Of a DNA stretch of 64,000 nt, positions 46,485 through 56,866 are shown one piece after another. The notes below the pieces were generated by a model. The model was not told the DNA's origin. It saw only the letters and a program-made list of their open reading frames with translations, and made no database searches. Each line of letters opens with the position of its first letter. The first letter of the stretch is position 1. The position numbers were made by a program, and so were the translations under genes. The stretch comes from Bacteroidota bacterium (GTDB taxonomy: Bacteria > Bacteroidota > Bacteroidia > Flavobacteriales > Schleiferiaceae), in NCBI GenBank assembly GCA_041164065.1, contig JBEAQE010000003.1, positions 170,912-234,911 of the forward strand, in the 5' to 3' direction.

Positions 46485-49400
46485 TTACTCCACAATCAAG
46501 CGTTGGGTGTGTACGCCTTGCACTGTGCGAGCCTCTACGAGGTACATACCAGCAGCCCAACCTGAAGCATCAAATTCAAATACATTGATACCTTCTTGGC
46601 CGTACTCGGTACGCTCGTAAATAAGCTGACCTTGCGTATTGCGAACACTAATCACGAGCTCACCGCTTTGTTGGAAAGCAACCGGCAATCTTGTAGCGCC
46701 AGTCGATGGGTTAGGGTAGAGGTTACCCACACCAATGTTCAAATCGATCTCTTCTTGTCCTACAGTATAAGTGTTACATGCTGCATCGGTTTCGAAGAAA
46801 CAGAAGTCATCGATGGCCCATCCTGCTGCCTGAACAGTATGGTCAGAAGCAAAACGGAAGCGTAGAATAGCGTTACGTGCGGTATCCACGGCCATACAAA
46901 TGGAGGCGTTTTCCCAACCGTTACTCAATCCCGTCCATCCTGGTTTGTAGATATCTAGGGAGGTTACGAAGTTCGTGTTATACCATGTTGCTCCGTAAAG
47001 GTTTGTACCGATCGTATGCCAGCTCAAACCACCATCGAATGTAATATCTACGTTACCACCATCATGGTACTGCTCAGTTGAGAAGGCATGCATGAAGTCG
47101 ATTCCGTATACCTGACCGCTATCCAAAACAAATACTGGTGAGTACAATGATGAAGAATCACGGCTCTTGTAGTTGCCATCGAGATTAGTCATCCATGCAG
47201 TGCTTCCAGAATTTGCACTGATGATAGGGGCATTGTTTGGCGTTCCCATTTCCCAGCTGTTCAAGCCACCTTTATCAAAAGTGTTGAACGTCAACCATGG
47301 TGTCTTGTTCGGATCGTCAAAATCATTACAGTAGGCACTGTCTTGGCTCATGATGATCTTGTCCGGAATCACAATGCTCTCACACTTTTCGTCGTCAGAG
47401 GCTAAGTTATCCGGTTTGTTGTCAGGGCGTGAGGTGCGCGCACAAACGTTGTAAACACCGCTCGCCGGTGAAATCCATTCGTTCGTAAACTCATACCATG
47501 AAGATTTACCAGGGTACATTGGAGGGTTGAAAACCACCTTTTCAGGTGTACTCCAGGTAGTACCACCATCGGTAGAGAATTCTACCAAACAGCTATCCAA
47601 TACTTTTGCACCGGTATTTTGAATGATCACACGAAGGTGGTTGTTTTGGTCCGGTACTGGAATGTATTCCACTGTTTCGACACGACGAATAGCAGCACTG
47701 TTTTGTGGTGGAATGTAGATCTCCACCTTATCGATGTTCCATCCGTCTTTGTTACCCGATACGGATTCGAGACGTCCGCGAAGAATCAATGGAGCAGAGG
47801 AGAAGTTCCAGGAGCTCAACGGCCAAATGCTGACGGTCGAACCAATGTTTCCTTGCCATGAACCTCCGCTTGTCGTACTACCGGTATTGTACCAGTTCGT
47901 ACTCACAATATTCTGAGGGTCCCAATATCCAATCGTACTCCAAGAACCACCACTTAGGTTCTGGATGTAGGCTTGATCTCCAACACCTAGATCGATGTCG
48001 TGAGTCAAACGGAGTTCAGCACCTGCGATAGTATCGAAACCAACGAAACGAGGGAAGTAGAAGTTCTCAGTGGTATTACCGATAATGTTCTTGTTCGGGT
48101 TTGATCCGATACCATTGTTGTTTCCGAGCGCGCTCAATGAAGACACTCCGAATTGTTCAAGGTCCCCAGCGAACCAGAATCCGTGCTCTGAACCTTCGTT
48201 ACAATTTTCAAAGTCTGCGATGAATCCGGTATCAATAGGGGTTTCAGGCCAACCTGAAGAAACGTGGTAAGTGCTATCGTTCCATGCATTATTATCACCC
48301 GTTAGCTCAGTCCAAGCCTCAACCACAAAGGTTCCTGTAGGCCAGTTCACGGTATTCGTGTTGTCTGTAACCGTCTTGACATCACCAGGGCTAATAGAGC
48401 TCGTGTAGGTGAAGTTGTAAGTTGTCGATACCCCTGCATTTGAACCACACGTTGGTGTTACGGTGTATTTGATTGGAATGTTTGATTGCGTCGCAGAACC
48501 GTGGTTGCGAACTTCAAACTTGGCCAACAAACCTGCCGCGGCACCGGTTAGGTTAACTTGTTGAGTAGGGTTCTTTACATAATCAATACCCACATCTTTA
48601 GCAGGCTTGTCGAAGATAGCGATCTCGTCTATGGCGACGTCTGCAGCAATACCACCGCCCGTTTTCTGAACGATGAAACGCAGTTTCACAATATTCCCTG
48701 CCTCAGCACTCAAATCAACCTCCATAAACTCCCAAGGTGTTTTTTCATCCGAAAGTTTTGTGGTCTTTGGAGGTGTGGTGTTACTCCATGTGTTTTCACC
48801 GGATTTAATCCATTGCACTACAACAGCACCCACATCGGCACCAAACATGTGCAGACGGTATTGTAGCACAGGGCTAGTCATACCGCTAAGGTCAATACAA
48901 GGGCTGACAAAAGCCGCGGATTTCGGTGCAGAACCGTAGTTCCCTTCGGTAACTAAATAGTTTCCTTTTTCACTAAAATCACGGATCGGTCCAGTGCTGA
49001 TCGTTGGCGTAAAACCTGTTCCAACCATAAAAGCGAAAGAACCTGAATTTGCTGCCGGAAGTTCCGTCCACGACGTGTAAGGATGAGTACCGGGGTTTAC
49101 CGGTGTGTTATTACCAGGTGTAGTACCTGGACCGTCGAAGTTCATGACCAATGGGAAGTTGGAATAAGGCTGTTCGTGAACAACAGCGATTGGTCCAATA
49201 GTGTCATTGTCATTAATAGTATCCCCTGACATACCCACATAGACCCAAACTTTGTATGTGCCGTATCCTGACATATCCGGACCGGTAGCAAAAGTAAAGG
49301 CTACAGAATCACCAGTGTACAATGTTTTGCTTGTGATATTCTCTGTGTGTGTTACCGTTGTGGTGGTACCACTAAGATTGGTGTACTCGCGCTTCCAAGT

Positions 49401-51272
49401 TACTGGAATACTTGAGGCAGCCATACAGCCAGCGCTTTGAACCCACAAATCAATGGTCTCATTGTTTGAGTAGGAACAATATCCGTTTTCTGGGTTGTAC
49501 ACTTCACGCAAGGCGATGTCTGTTGGTGTAGGTTCATATACCTCGATATCATCGATTGCAGCATCGCTACGTAGACCAGTACCGCGTTTCGCAGTGAAGC
49601 GAACTCGTACGATTTTTCCTACGAAGTCATTCAAGCTAACGGAATATTCTTTCCAAGCATCTGTGTTTGACGTTTGTTGCTCTCCAACGATTTGGTCAAT
49701 ACCTCTAACCCATACCGAGCTATTGAATCCTGTATCTACGTCGATTCGGATACGACCCATAGTATTTCCAAACATGTGGTATTTGAACTTCATGATGGCA
49801 CAGTTCAAGCTGGTCAAATCCATACAAGAGGTGAACAAGAAAGTACTGTCGTTCGCCGAACCTTGGTCTGCTTCGGTGTAGAGATAAACCCCAGCCGTTG
49901 TTCCTTTTGATGCATCGACATCAGGACCTGTTTGTGCCGTAGCAGTAGCTCCTTTGCGAATCGACCATGCGTACCCCGTTTGTGTTTGGTTTGGCACAGC
50001 CTTCCAGTTGATTCCTGATTGAGGGTTGTTGAATGGGAAAGAACCACGATGGCTCGTCCCAGTAGCTCCCGTACCTGTCCCGGCTACCCAATAGGCTGGG
50101 TTTTCGAAATCCTGCAGGTATGGGTAGGTTTCAATTACATAAGGGAATGAGTTTGATGTCGTCGTACCACAAATTGGTGGCGGTGCATCATCTCTGTAGA
50201 AAGAGTAGTATTCAGAGGCTGCGCCAAAATCCGGGTCGCGAACGATATTCGGACAGGCACAATCATATACTTCTACATACCAATTGATGGTATCATATAG
50301 GTTGATGTTCTTGAATTGGTAAGTGAAGACCTCACTTGTTGGACACGTGCTACCCAAAGTAGGTGTCATGAGCGAATCCATCCACGCACTCCAAGTGCCA
50401 CCTGCATAATCATAGCGCTGGAAGAAAATACGCATGCTGTCGACCCCGAGGTTGTCAGTGGCCTTTACACGTACATCTTGAGACGGCATGTAGCGTGCAC
50501 CATCAGGCTTTGCATAGACGCTCACGTTCGTCCAATCCAAGGCTGGTGGCTCCAATTCACAAGGAGCGACTTCTACCATGATGTTATCAATGAACCATCC
50601 CGCCAAGCTAGTAGGCGCTGGGTTTGATCCAGATTTCGGCATGGCTACGAAACGAACTTTACAGTTGGCAAAACCGTAATCCATGGCGGTGCTGTCGTAA
50701 GCACCCAAATAGGAGCTTAGATCGAAAATTTCATGCGCCCACCAGCTGTTGGTTGGTGTGGTACCCGCTGAAGTGTTCGATATCGTCGCTCCATCCCAAT
50801 AAGGTGAAATAAGGTTTGACGGATATGACAATTCATTGAACCATCCAGTGGAGTTAAACTGGGGTGAGATTCCTTTGTATCCGCTATTGACCGTTACCCA
50901 GGTTGAACCGTTATCACGGCTCATTTGAATGAATCCCTTTTGGTTGTAACGAATCTTACAGATTTGATCAAAGCTGAATCGAACGTTGCTGAATGTTTCC
51001 GTTGAGAAGGCATCCGTTTCAAAAATGATGGAATCCGATGAATAGAGTTTAGTGTGGAAACTCATGGTGCCTGTTGAAGCAAGTGCACTGGTATCATTCC
51101 ATGAACGGATCACGTTGGCACTGTCGGTGTTGTAGTTGGCGGAGATAGAATCTGCTCCGAAAGTCCCGTCAAAATTCTCCGTTAGAATCGTGTCAATTGG
51201 GGGAGCATATTGGCCAAAAACTGCGCTGGACGCAAAGACCGAAAATAGTGCCGCGAGTAAGCTTTTCTTCAT
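46485..51272 (-). CDS. giant T9SS-secreted protein with at least two MAM domains and a type-A C-terminal sorting domain
   Basis: 1,595 aa with a signal peptide (MKKSLLAALFSVFASSAVFGQ). MAM signatures are MKFKYHMFGNTMGRIRIDV...DAAIDDIEV and LQYRLHMFGADVGAVVVQW...DVAIDEIAI. The C-terminus carries LYPNPSTGATRL...GMYLVEARTVQGVHTQRLIVE. Confidence 0.9.
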   Translation of the reverse strand: MKKSLLAALFSVFASSAVFGQYAPPIDTILTENFDGTFGADSISANYNTDSANVIRSWNDTSALASTGTMSFHTKLYSSDSIIFETDAFSTETFSNVRFSFDQICKIRYNQKGFIQMSRDNGSTWVTVNSGYKGISPQFNSTGWFNELSYPSNLISPYWDGATISNTSAGTTPTNSWWAHEIFDLSSYLGAYDSTAMDYGFANCKVRFVAMPKSGSNPAPTSLAGWFIDNIMVEVAPCELEPPALDWTNVSVYAKPDGARYMPSQDVRVKATDNLGVDSMRIFFQRYDYAGGTWSAWMDSLMTPTLGSTCPTSEVFTYQFKNINLYDTINWYVEVYDCACPNIVRDPDFGAASEYYSFYRDDAPPPICGTTTSNSFPYVIETYPYLQDFENPAYWVAGTGTGATGTSHRGSFPFNNPQSGINWKAVPNQTQTGYAWSIRKGATATAQTGPDVDASKGTTAGVYLYTEADQGSANDSTFLFTSCMDLTSLNCAIMKFKYHMFGNTMGRIRIDVDTGFNSSVWVRGIDQIVGEQQTSNTDAWKEYSVSLNDFVGKIVRVRFTAKRGTGLRSDAAIDDIEVYEPTPTDIALREVYNPENGYCSYSNNETIDLWVQSAGCMAASSIPVTWKREYTNLSGTTTTVTHTENITSKTLYTGDSVAFTFATGPDMSGYGTYKVWVYVGMSGDTINDNDTIGPIAVVHEQPYSNFPLVMNFDGPGTTPGNNTPVNPGTHPYTSWTELPAANSGSFAFMVGTGFTPTISTGPIRDFSEKGNYLVTEGNYGSAPKSAAFVSPCIDLSGMTSPVLQYRLHMFGADVGAVVVQWIKSGENTWSNTTPPKTTKLSDEKTPWEFMEVDLSAEAGNIVKLRFIVQKTGGGIAADVAIDEIAIFDKPAKDVGIDYVKNPTQQVNLTGAAAGLLAKFEVRNHGSATQSNIPIKYTVTPTCGSNAGVSTTYNFTYTSSISPGDVKTVTDNTNTVNWPTGTFVVEAWTELTGDNNAWNDSTYHVSSGWPETPIDTGFIADFENCNEGSEHGFWFAGDLEQFGVSSLSALGNNNGIGSNPNKNIIGNTTENFYFPRFVGFDTIAGAELRLTHDIDLGVGDQAYIQNLSGGSWSTIGYWDPQNIVSTNWYNTGSTTSGGSWQGNIGSTVSIWPLSSWNFSSAPLILRGRLESVSGNKDGWNIDKVEIYIPPQNSAAIRRVETVEYIPVPDQNNHLRVIIQNTGAKVLDSCLVEFSTDGGTTWSTPEKVVFNPPMYPGKSSWYEFTNEWISPASGVYNVCARTSRPDNKPDNLASDDEKCESIVIPDKIIMSQDSAYCNDFDDPNKTPWLTFNTFDKGGLNSWEMGTPNNAPIISANSGSTAWMTNLDGNYKSRDSSSLYSPVFVLDSGQVYGIDFMHAFSTEQYHDGGNVDITFDGGLSWHTIGTNLYGATWYNTNFVTSLDIYKPGWTGLSNGWENASICMAVDTARNAILRFRFASDHTVQAAGWAIDDFCFFETDAACNTYTVGQEEIDLNIGVGNLYPNPSTGATRLPVAFQQSGELVISVRNTQGQLIYERTEYGQEGINVFEFDASGWAAGMYLVEARTVQGVHTQRLIVE

Positions 51273-51310
51273 TGTAACGCTTTTGTGTTAACCTATTTTA
51301 TGGGTAGTTA

Positions 51311-51318
51311 CAAATATA
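51311..51318 (-). promoter_or_regulatory. -7 promoter box TATATTTG for the 1,595-aa gene
   Basis: Perfect TAnnTTTG on the minus strand, 38 nt upstream of the ATG at 51272. Confidence 0.5.
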
Positions 51319-51398
51319 GCAAAATGGGGATGCGCCCGACGTTGCGGAGGATAAAAGTGCACAATGATTGAGCAAGTGAAAAGTTGGGGCGAAGCGTA

Positions 51399-52013
51399 TT
51401 ACTTGACGTTGAAGTAAAACACCCGTTCGCCTTCCAGATAGAGCTCTAATAAATCTTCACGTTGCACGGGGCCAACCCCTTCGGGAGTTCCTGTAAAAAT
51501 CAGATCTCCCGTCTTCAAAGTGAAGTATTGGCTAACGTAGCTAATGATTTGATCTACAGTGAACAACATGTTTTTTGTGAACCCTTTTTGAACTGTTTTT
51601 CCGTTGATGTCGAGGTGAAAGTTCAAGTCTTGTACGTCTTTATCGAAGCTGCTCAACGGAAAAAAGCGACTAACGGCCGCACTGCCATCAAAGGCTTTCG
51701 CTTTTTCCCAGGGTAAGCCTTTTTCTTTACAACGGGATTGTACGTCGCGAGCGGTGAAATCTATTCCTACGCCGATTTGATCGTAGTATTTGTGCGCAAA
51801 ACGGTGTTCAATATGCTTTCCTAACCGATTGATTTTAACCACCAATTCCATTTCATAGTGAACATCATTACTGTGCTCTGGGATGAAGAATGGATGTTTC
51901 TTTAACAGCAGTGCCGTTTCTGGTTTTAGAAACACAACCGGTTCCTCAGGGATAGGGTTGTTCAGTTCTTCTGCATGCTTTGCATAGTTGCGACCAATAC
52001 AAATGATCTTCAT
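51399..52013 (-). CDS. fumarylacetoacetate hydrolase family protein
   Basis: 204 aa with KIICIGRNYAKHAEE, VFLKP and the short FAH-fold layout. Confidence 0.85.
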   Translation of the reverse strand: MKIICIGRNYAKHAEELNNPIPEEPVVFLKPETALLLKKHPFFIPEHSNDVHYEMELVVKINRLGKHIEHRFAHKYYDQIGVGIDFTARDVQSRCKEKGLPWEKAKAFDGSAAVSRFFPLSSFDKDVQDLNFHLDINGKTVQKGFTKNMLFTVDQIISYVSQYFTLKTGDLIFTGTPEGVGPVQREDLLELYLEGERVFYFNVK

Positions 52014-52015
52014 GA

Positions 52016-52786
52016 TTATCCTTGATTAAATTCTCTCAAACGGATGGCTGTAAGTACCTTTTTAGTGTACAGTGGAAAATCTGCGTTTTGAATCCAGCTG
52101 AAGTAGCCTGGGTTTTCTTCTAGTACCGCTTTAACCGTCTGGCCGCGGTATTTTCCGAAGGTAAATATTTCTTCGTCCTGATCGTTAAAGGCTATGAACC
52201 CGGCGAAGTCGGCAACGCGCTGGCGGTTCGAAAAAGCCGAAAGAAACTTCATGTCGTTTTCAAGCTCTTCGTATCGCTCGACTTGGGCCTTCAGTACTTC
52301 GTAGGTTGCAAGCACGTCAGCTTCCGCACTATGGGCATTCTCTAAGCTCTTTCCGCAGTAGAATTTGTAGGCTGCACTTAGGGTCCGTTGCTCCATACGG
52401 TGGAAAATATTCTGTACATCTACGGCCAGGCGTGCCTTCATATCGAAATCGATTCCGGCACGTAAGAATTCTTCAGCAAGAAGAGGTATATCAAACTTGT
52501 TACTGTTGTAACCGGCAAGATCACTGTCTTGAATCAAGCTCTGCACTTTCGGGGCCAATTCCTTGAATGTCGGCGCATTGACAACATCCTTATCGTATAC
52601 ACCATGCACCGCGCTGGCACTTGCAGGAATTGGGATTGTTGGGTTCACACGCCAAGTGTGCGTTTCTTCATGCCCGTCCGGATGTACCTTGTGGAGGCAG
52701 ATTTCAACGATTCGGTCACTGGTGACGTTGACGCCGGTGGTTTCGAGGTCGAAAAAACAGAGTGGACGTTTGAGGTTGAGTTGCAT
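52016..52786 (-). CDS. DEDDh 3'-5' exonuclease (DnaQ/epsilon-like domain) with C-terminal extension
   Basis: 256 aa. The exonuclease motifs are Exo I FFDLETTG, Exo II GYNSNKFDIPLL and Exo III HSAEADV. Confidence 0.85.
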   Translation of the reverse strand: MQLNLKRPLCFFDLETTGVNVTSDRIVEICLHKVHPDGHEETHTWRVNPTIPIPASASAVHGVYDKDVVNAPTFKELAPKVQSLIQDSDLAGYNSNKFDIPLLAEEFLRAGIDFDMKARLAVDVQNIFHRMEQRTLSAAYKFYCGKSLENAHSAEADVLATYEVLKAQVERYEELENDMKFLSAFSNRQRVADFAGFIAFNDQDEEIFTFGKYRGQTVKAVLEENPGYFSWIQNADFPLYTKKVLTAIRLREFNQG

Positions 52787-52807
52787 GAATTGAATTGGTT
52801 TTTAATC

Positions 52808-52833
52808 AAAAAAAAGCCGCCCGAAGGCGGCTT
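52808..52833 (-). terminator. intrinsic terminator after the E2 gene
   Basis: On the minus strand it reads AAGCCGCC-UUCG-GGCGGCUU followed by U8. Confidence 0.8.
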
Positions 52834-52858
52834 ATAAAAGTACATAAAATTTCGAGGA

Positions 52859-54199
52859 TTAGATCTCGCGATTTGAATCCCATGATTCGAGGTAATCCGC
52901 CACACGACGCACAAACATTCCCCCTAAAGCGCCATCCACTACACGGTGGTCGTAGCTATGGCTCAGGAACATTTTATGACGTACCGCTATCACGTCACCT
53001 TCTGGTGTTTCCACCACGGCAGGCTTTTTAACAATCGCCCCAGCTGCCATAATGGCTACTTGTGGCTGGTTGATAATAGGGGTGCCCATGACGTTACCAA
53101 AAGTACCTACGTTGGTAACCGTATAGGTGCCGCCCTGAATTTCGTCCGGCTTTAGTTGGTTGTTACGAGCGCGGTTGGCAAGGTCATTTACGGCTTTGGT
53201 TATACCGAGTAAGCTTAATTGGTCAGCATTTTTAATCACAGGAACGATGAGGTTGCCTGATGGTAGTGCTGCAGCCATACCCACGTTGATATTTCCGTGC
53301 TTGATGATATTGGTCCCGTCTACGCTCACGTTGATCATCGGGAAATCCTGAATGGCCTTTACTATAGCTTCTATAATGATCGGCGTGAAGGTGATTTTTT
53401 CACCGTGCTTCTTCTGGAAGTCGTTTTTAACGCGCTCACGCCATTTAACCACCTTCGTAAGGTCGGCTTCAACGAAACTTGTTACGTGTGGTGAGGTGTG
53501 CACCGAGTTGACCATATGGTCTGCGATGAGCTTGCGCATGCGGTCCATCTCGATGATTTCATCGCCGGCCTTAGGAACGATGGTCGGAGCTGAATGTGCT
53601 GCTGGAGCTTTTGGAGCTGCGGGTGTTGCGGGTGCTGCCACATAAGCACTTACGCTTTGTGACGCCGCTTTACGCCCGCCTGAAAGGTATTCCAGTACAT
53701 CGTTTTTTGTCACGCGGCCATCTTTGCCCGTGCCTGTGATGGCATCAAGTTCAGATTGGCTGATGCCTTCTTCGGCGGCCATAGCACGCACGAGCGGTGA
53801 ATAAAAACGTCCGTTAGAGTTCTTTGAGATAGGGCCGGCTTCTACTGTGGCAGCGGCCTGGCTGATTTCTTCTTCGATAGCGGCGGCTGCGGTGGCAGGT
53901 GCTGCTTCCGGGGTTGTTGCAGTTGTCTGTGCAACAGGAGCTGGTGCATCACCGGTGCCTTCGGTTTCTATAATACAAATAGGACTACCAACTGCAGCGA
54001 CCTCGCCGGTTTCTACGAGTATTTTAACCAAAGTTCCACTCACAGGAGAAGGGACTTCGCTATCAACTTTGTCCGTTGCTACTTCAACAATGCTCTCTTC
54101 TGCATCGATGTAGTCGCCTACGTTTTTAAGCCAATTGGTCACGGTAGCTTCGGCCACCGATTCTCCCATTTTGGGAAGGTTCAATTCAAACTGAGCCAT
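52859..54199 (-). CDS. 2-oxoacid dehydrogenase E2 component (dihydrolipoamide acyltransferase)
   Basis: 446 aa. It has a lipoyl domain (VEVATDKVDSEVPSP), an Ala/Pro linker, a subunit-binding domain and the catalytic motif SHSYDHRVVDGA. No E1 or E3 gene is adjacent. Confidence 0.9.
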   Translation of the reverse strand: MAQFELNLPKMGESVAEATVTNWLKNVGDYIDAEESIVEVATDKVDSEVPSPVSGTLVKILVETGEVAAVGSPICIIETEGTGDAPAPVAQTTATTPEAAPATAAAAIEEEISQAAATVEAGPISKNSNGRFYSPLVRAMAAEEGISQSELDAITGTGKDGRVTKNDVLEYLSGGRKAASQSVSAYVAAPATPAAPKAPAAHSAPTIVPKAGDEIIEMDRMRKLIADHMVNSVHTSPHVTSFVEADLTKVVKWRERVKNDFQKKHGEKITFTPIIIEAIVKAIQDFPMINVSVDGTNIIKHGNINVGMAAALPSGNLIVPVIKNADQLSLLGITKAVNDLANRARNNQLKPDEIQGGTYTVTNVGTFGNVMGTPIINQPQVAIMAAGAIVKKPAVVETPEGDVIAVRHKMFLSHSYDHRVVDGALGGMFVRRVADYLESWDSNREI

Positions 54200-54259
54200 T
54201 GAATTTTTGATTTTTTGGTCCTCGAATTTACGTCAAAAAACGTCCGTTTCAGCAGGCTG

Positions 54260-56209
54260 TTATTTCTGCTGCCATTGCCATACCTTCAATAGGTCGGTGC
54301 TAAGACTTGCTTGGGTTGCGTAATTAGTAACCAAAGCTTCTTCTATTTGAGAATTACGTAATTCACTGGGGATTTGGCTACTAATATCGAAAATCGGATG
54401 GGGTAGTATAGGTAACCTAAATTCTTTTGAAATTTTTGCATTGTAGCCCACGAGGGTGAAATTCTTCAAGAGCAATTGGCCACTTTTTGACAGCATCGCA
54501 GCGTAAATATGGCCTTTTCCCATCAGGTAGAAGATTGGGAATAGAGGGAGGAGGAGCCAGCTCAAAATTGCGGCCGTAATGTCGGCGATACGACGTTGGC
54601 GCAAGTAGGATGGATCGGCTGTTTTATAGTGGTTTACGCCCAAAACGTTACCGGTCTGCGTGCTGCTGCTTGAGCCGACTATGAGGCCCAATTCGCTGAG
54701 GTAACGTTGTGTAAAAACATGGTTGGGTAGGGCTTTCAAGAGCGCCATGTAGGCGTAGTTACTGAATGCTTTTTCGGACACAATCACATCTGTGATGCCG
54801 TAAAGCCGCACCAGTTTTTGAAGTTCAAGGATACTATTCTCTTGATTGTCGGTTGGAGGTTGAACAGTATACTCAAATGCCGGTTGCCAGCCAGCGGATT
54901 TTACCACGTTCATAATGGATTCACTCTCCTTGATATCTGCGATGCTCAATACGCGTGGTCGAATAGACTTTTTCTCGAAAAACGTACGGCCAGAAAGGAT
55001 TCCGAGGACCAAACGCCAAATAAAGAGGGCTGTTGTACCTCCAGCGGCGCCAAGCAAGAGGAGTGCCCGGGAAAAACGAAGGTCTTCGGGAAGGAGCCCG
55101 TACAAGAATCCAATCCCCAGGGTGGTGATGGCCATGCTGCGAAGGATGACAGGGGTACGCGCATTTCGGTGATAGATGCCGCTAAGCCAGAGTCCAAAAA
55201 TCCAGAGAAGGATATAGCTGCCCTGGATGTAATAGGTATAGGTTGTGGGATAGGCGCCGCCGTCGACGTAACGGTGGTTTTGTTCCCAATAGTTTTTAAA
55301 GAGTTCTAAGGCAAGAAGTAGGGCACCTGCATCGAGTATGGGGGCCATGGTGCTCTTGGCGATGCGGGCGAGTACGGCAAGAGAAGCTCTGAGGTAGATC
55401 CCGAGGTAGATTAATAATTTGTAGGCAAGGGCCGAGGTGCCGCTGAATTGTTTCTGGGCGAAAAGGATCATGGCCTGGTAGAACATACGGACGTAGTTCA
55501 TACTTCCGCGTTTGGTGCTCTCGCCTTTGTAATGGATGATCTCGCTTTCGGCGAAGTAGTGATTTTCTTTGCCTGTTTTCAGGAGCTCGTAGCTCAGGTC
55601 AATGTCCTCGCCGTACATGAAATAGCGTGGATCGAAACCTCCAACAGCCCTTAACAGGTTGGTTGGGATAAGCATGAAGCAACCGACGAGAATCTCGACA
55701 CGATGGTTTTTGTCGGGATCGAGGTGGCCGAGGTGGTAGCGGGCGAAAATCTTAGATTTCGGGAATATGCGGGAGAGCCCGGTAATTTTCCAAAGTGCGA
55801 CTAGCGGAGTGGGTAGGCCGCGCTTGGATTCGGGTAGGAAGTTACCGCTGCCGTCGATGCCTTTGATGCCCAGTCCTCCGACTTCCGGGTGGGCGTGCAT
55901 GTAGGTTAGGGTTTTTTCGATGGTGTCCTCTCTAAGGACGGTGTCGGGGTTGAGGATCAGGGTGTAAGTTCCACGGGCGGCATCGAATCCTTGGTTGTTG
56001 GCGCGGCCGAAGCCGACGTTGGTAGAATTGGCCAACCAACGAACCTTGGGGAAATGTGAGGAGATGAAATCTTCACTACCGTCACTACTCGCGTTGTCTA
56101 CCACGATGACTTCGTAGCTGAAGTCGGTCTTGCTCGCGTAAATGCTGTCTAGACATTGGCTCAGAAAGGCCTTGACGTTGTAGTTGACAATGACAATACT
56201 GAGGTCCAT
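54260..56209 (-). CDS. family 2 glycosyltransferase fused to a polytopic membrane and cytoplasmic C-terminal region
   Basis: 649 aa. The N-terminal 260 aa are GT2 (SIVIVNYN, VIVVDNASSDGS, MYGEDIDLS). They are followed by 4-5 TM helices and a region of about 200 aa ending with a segment that resembles the start of a sugar-transferase domain (RRIADITAAILSWLLLPLFPIFYL). Confidence 0.8.
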   Translation of the reverse strand: MDLSIVIVNYNVKAFLSQCLDSIYASKTDFSYEVIVVDNASSDGSEDFISSHFPKVRWLANSTNVGFGRANNQGFDAARGTYTLILNPDTVLREDTIEKTLTYMHAHPEVGGLGIKGIDGSGNFLPESKRGLPTPLVALWKITGLSRIFPKSKIFARYHLGHLDPDKNHRVEILVGCFMLIPTNLLRAVGGFDPRYFMYGEDIDLSYELLKTGKENHYFAESEIIHYKGESTKRGSMNYVRMFYQAMILFAQKQFSGTSALAYKLLIYLGIYLRASLAVLARIAKSTMAPILDAGALLLALELFKNYWEQNHRYVDGGAYPTTYTYYIQGSYILLWIFGLWLSGIYHRNARTPVILRSMAITTLGIGFLYGLLPEDLRFSRALLLLGAAGGTTALFIWRLVLGILSGRTFFEKKSIRPRVLSIADIKESESIMNVVKSAGWQPAFEYTVQPPTDNQENSILELQKLVRLYGITDVIVSEKAFSNYAYMALLKALPNHVFTQRYLSELGLIVGSSSSTQTGNVLGVNHYKTADPSYLRQRRIADITAAILSWLLLPLFPIFYLMGKGHIYAAMLSKSGQLLLKNFTLVGYNAKISKEFRLPILPHPIFDISSQIPSELRNSQIEEALVTNYATQASLSTDLLKVWQWQQK

Positions 56210-56210
56210 C

Positions 56211-56828
56211 TTATTTCGGTAGGCTTTGTTCGTAGGGAATGCGGTGCTGAATGCTTCGACCGAGCGTCACTTCATCCGCAAATTCGAGCTCGTCGCCGAC
56301 GGCAATGCCCCGTGCAATAGTGCTGAGATGAACGTCGAAATCTTTGACTTTACGGTATATGTAGAAGTTCGTAGTATCGCCTTCCATGGTGGTGTTGAGG
56401 GCAAAAATCAATTCCTTTACGCTGCCACTTTCCAGTTTCTGCACCAAGGTGCCTATGTTCAGGTCAGACGGGCCGATACCGTCCATAGGGCTGATTAAAC
56501 CGCCCAGTACATGGTATTTACCTTGGTAGCCGCCCGTATTTTCAATAGCCATAACATCTCGGATATCTTCCACCACGCAGACCGTATGATCCTCTCGGCG
56601 AGGGGAACTGCAAATGCCACATATTTCGGTATCGGATATGCTGTGACAGTTTTTACAGAACGTTGTGTTTTCACGAAGATCCACAAGGGCCGCACTGAGC
56701 GCATGGGTTTGATCCACTGGCCGTCTGAGTAGGTGTAATGCCAAGCGCAAGGCAGTCTTTTTTCCGATGCCAGGGAGCTTCGAAATTTCCTCGACAGCGT
56801 TCTCTATTTTTCTTGAAGCGAAATTCAT
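56211..56828 (-). CDS. recR: recombination protein RecR
   Basis: 205 aa with an HhH motif ([13 protein letters not shown]), a C4 zinc finger ([16 protein letters not shown]) and a Toprim domain. Confidence 0.95.
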   Translation of the reverse strand: MNFASRKIENAVEEISKLPGIGKKTALRLALHLLRRPVDQTHALSAALVDLRENTTFCKNCHSISDTEICGICSSPRREDHTVCVVEDIRDVMAIENTGGYQGKYHVLGGLISPMDGIGPSDLNIGTLVQKLESGSVKELIFALNTTMEGDTTNFYIYRKVKDFDVHLSTIARGIAVGDELEFADEVTLGRSIQHRIPYEQSLPK

Positions 56829-56866
56829 GTGTCTTCAAATGTACGGGATTGCGCATATTTGTGAAC

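Noticed and set aside
54818-55309. 163-aa plus-strand ORF inside the GT2 fusion gene
   Set aside because: It is antisense to the membrane region of the 649-aa gene, and its Arg/Gly/Lys-rich translation looks like shadow-frame sequence.
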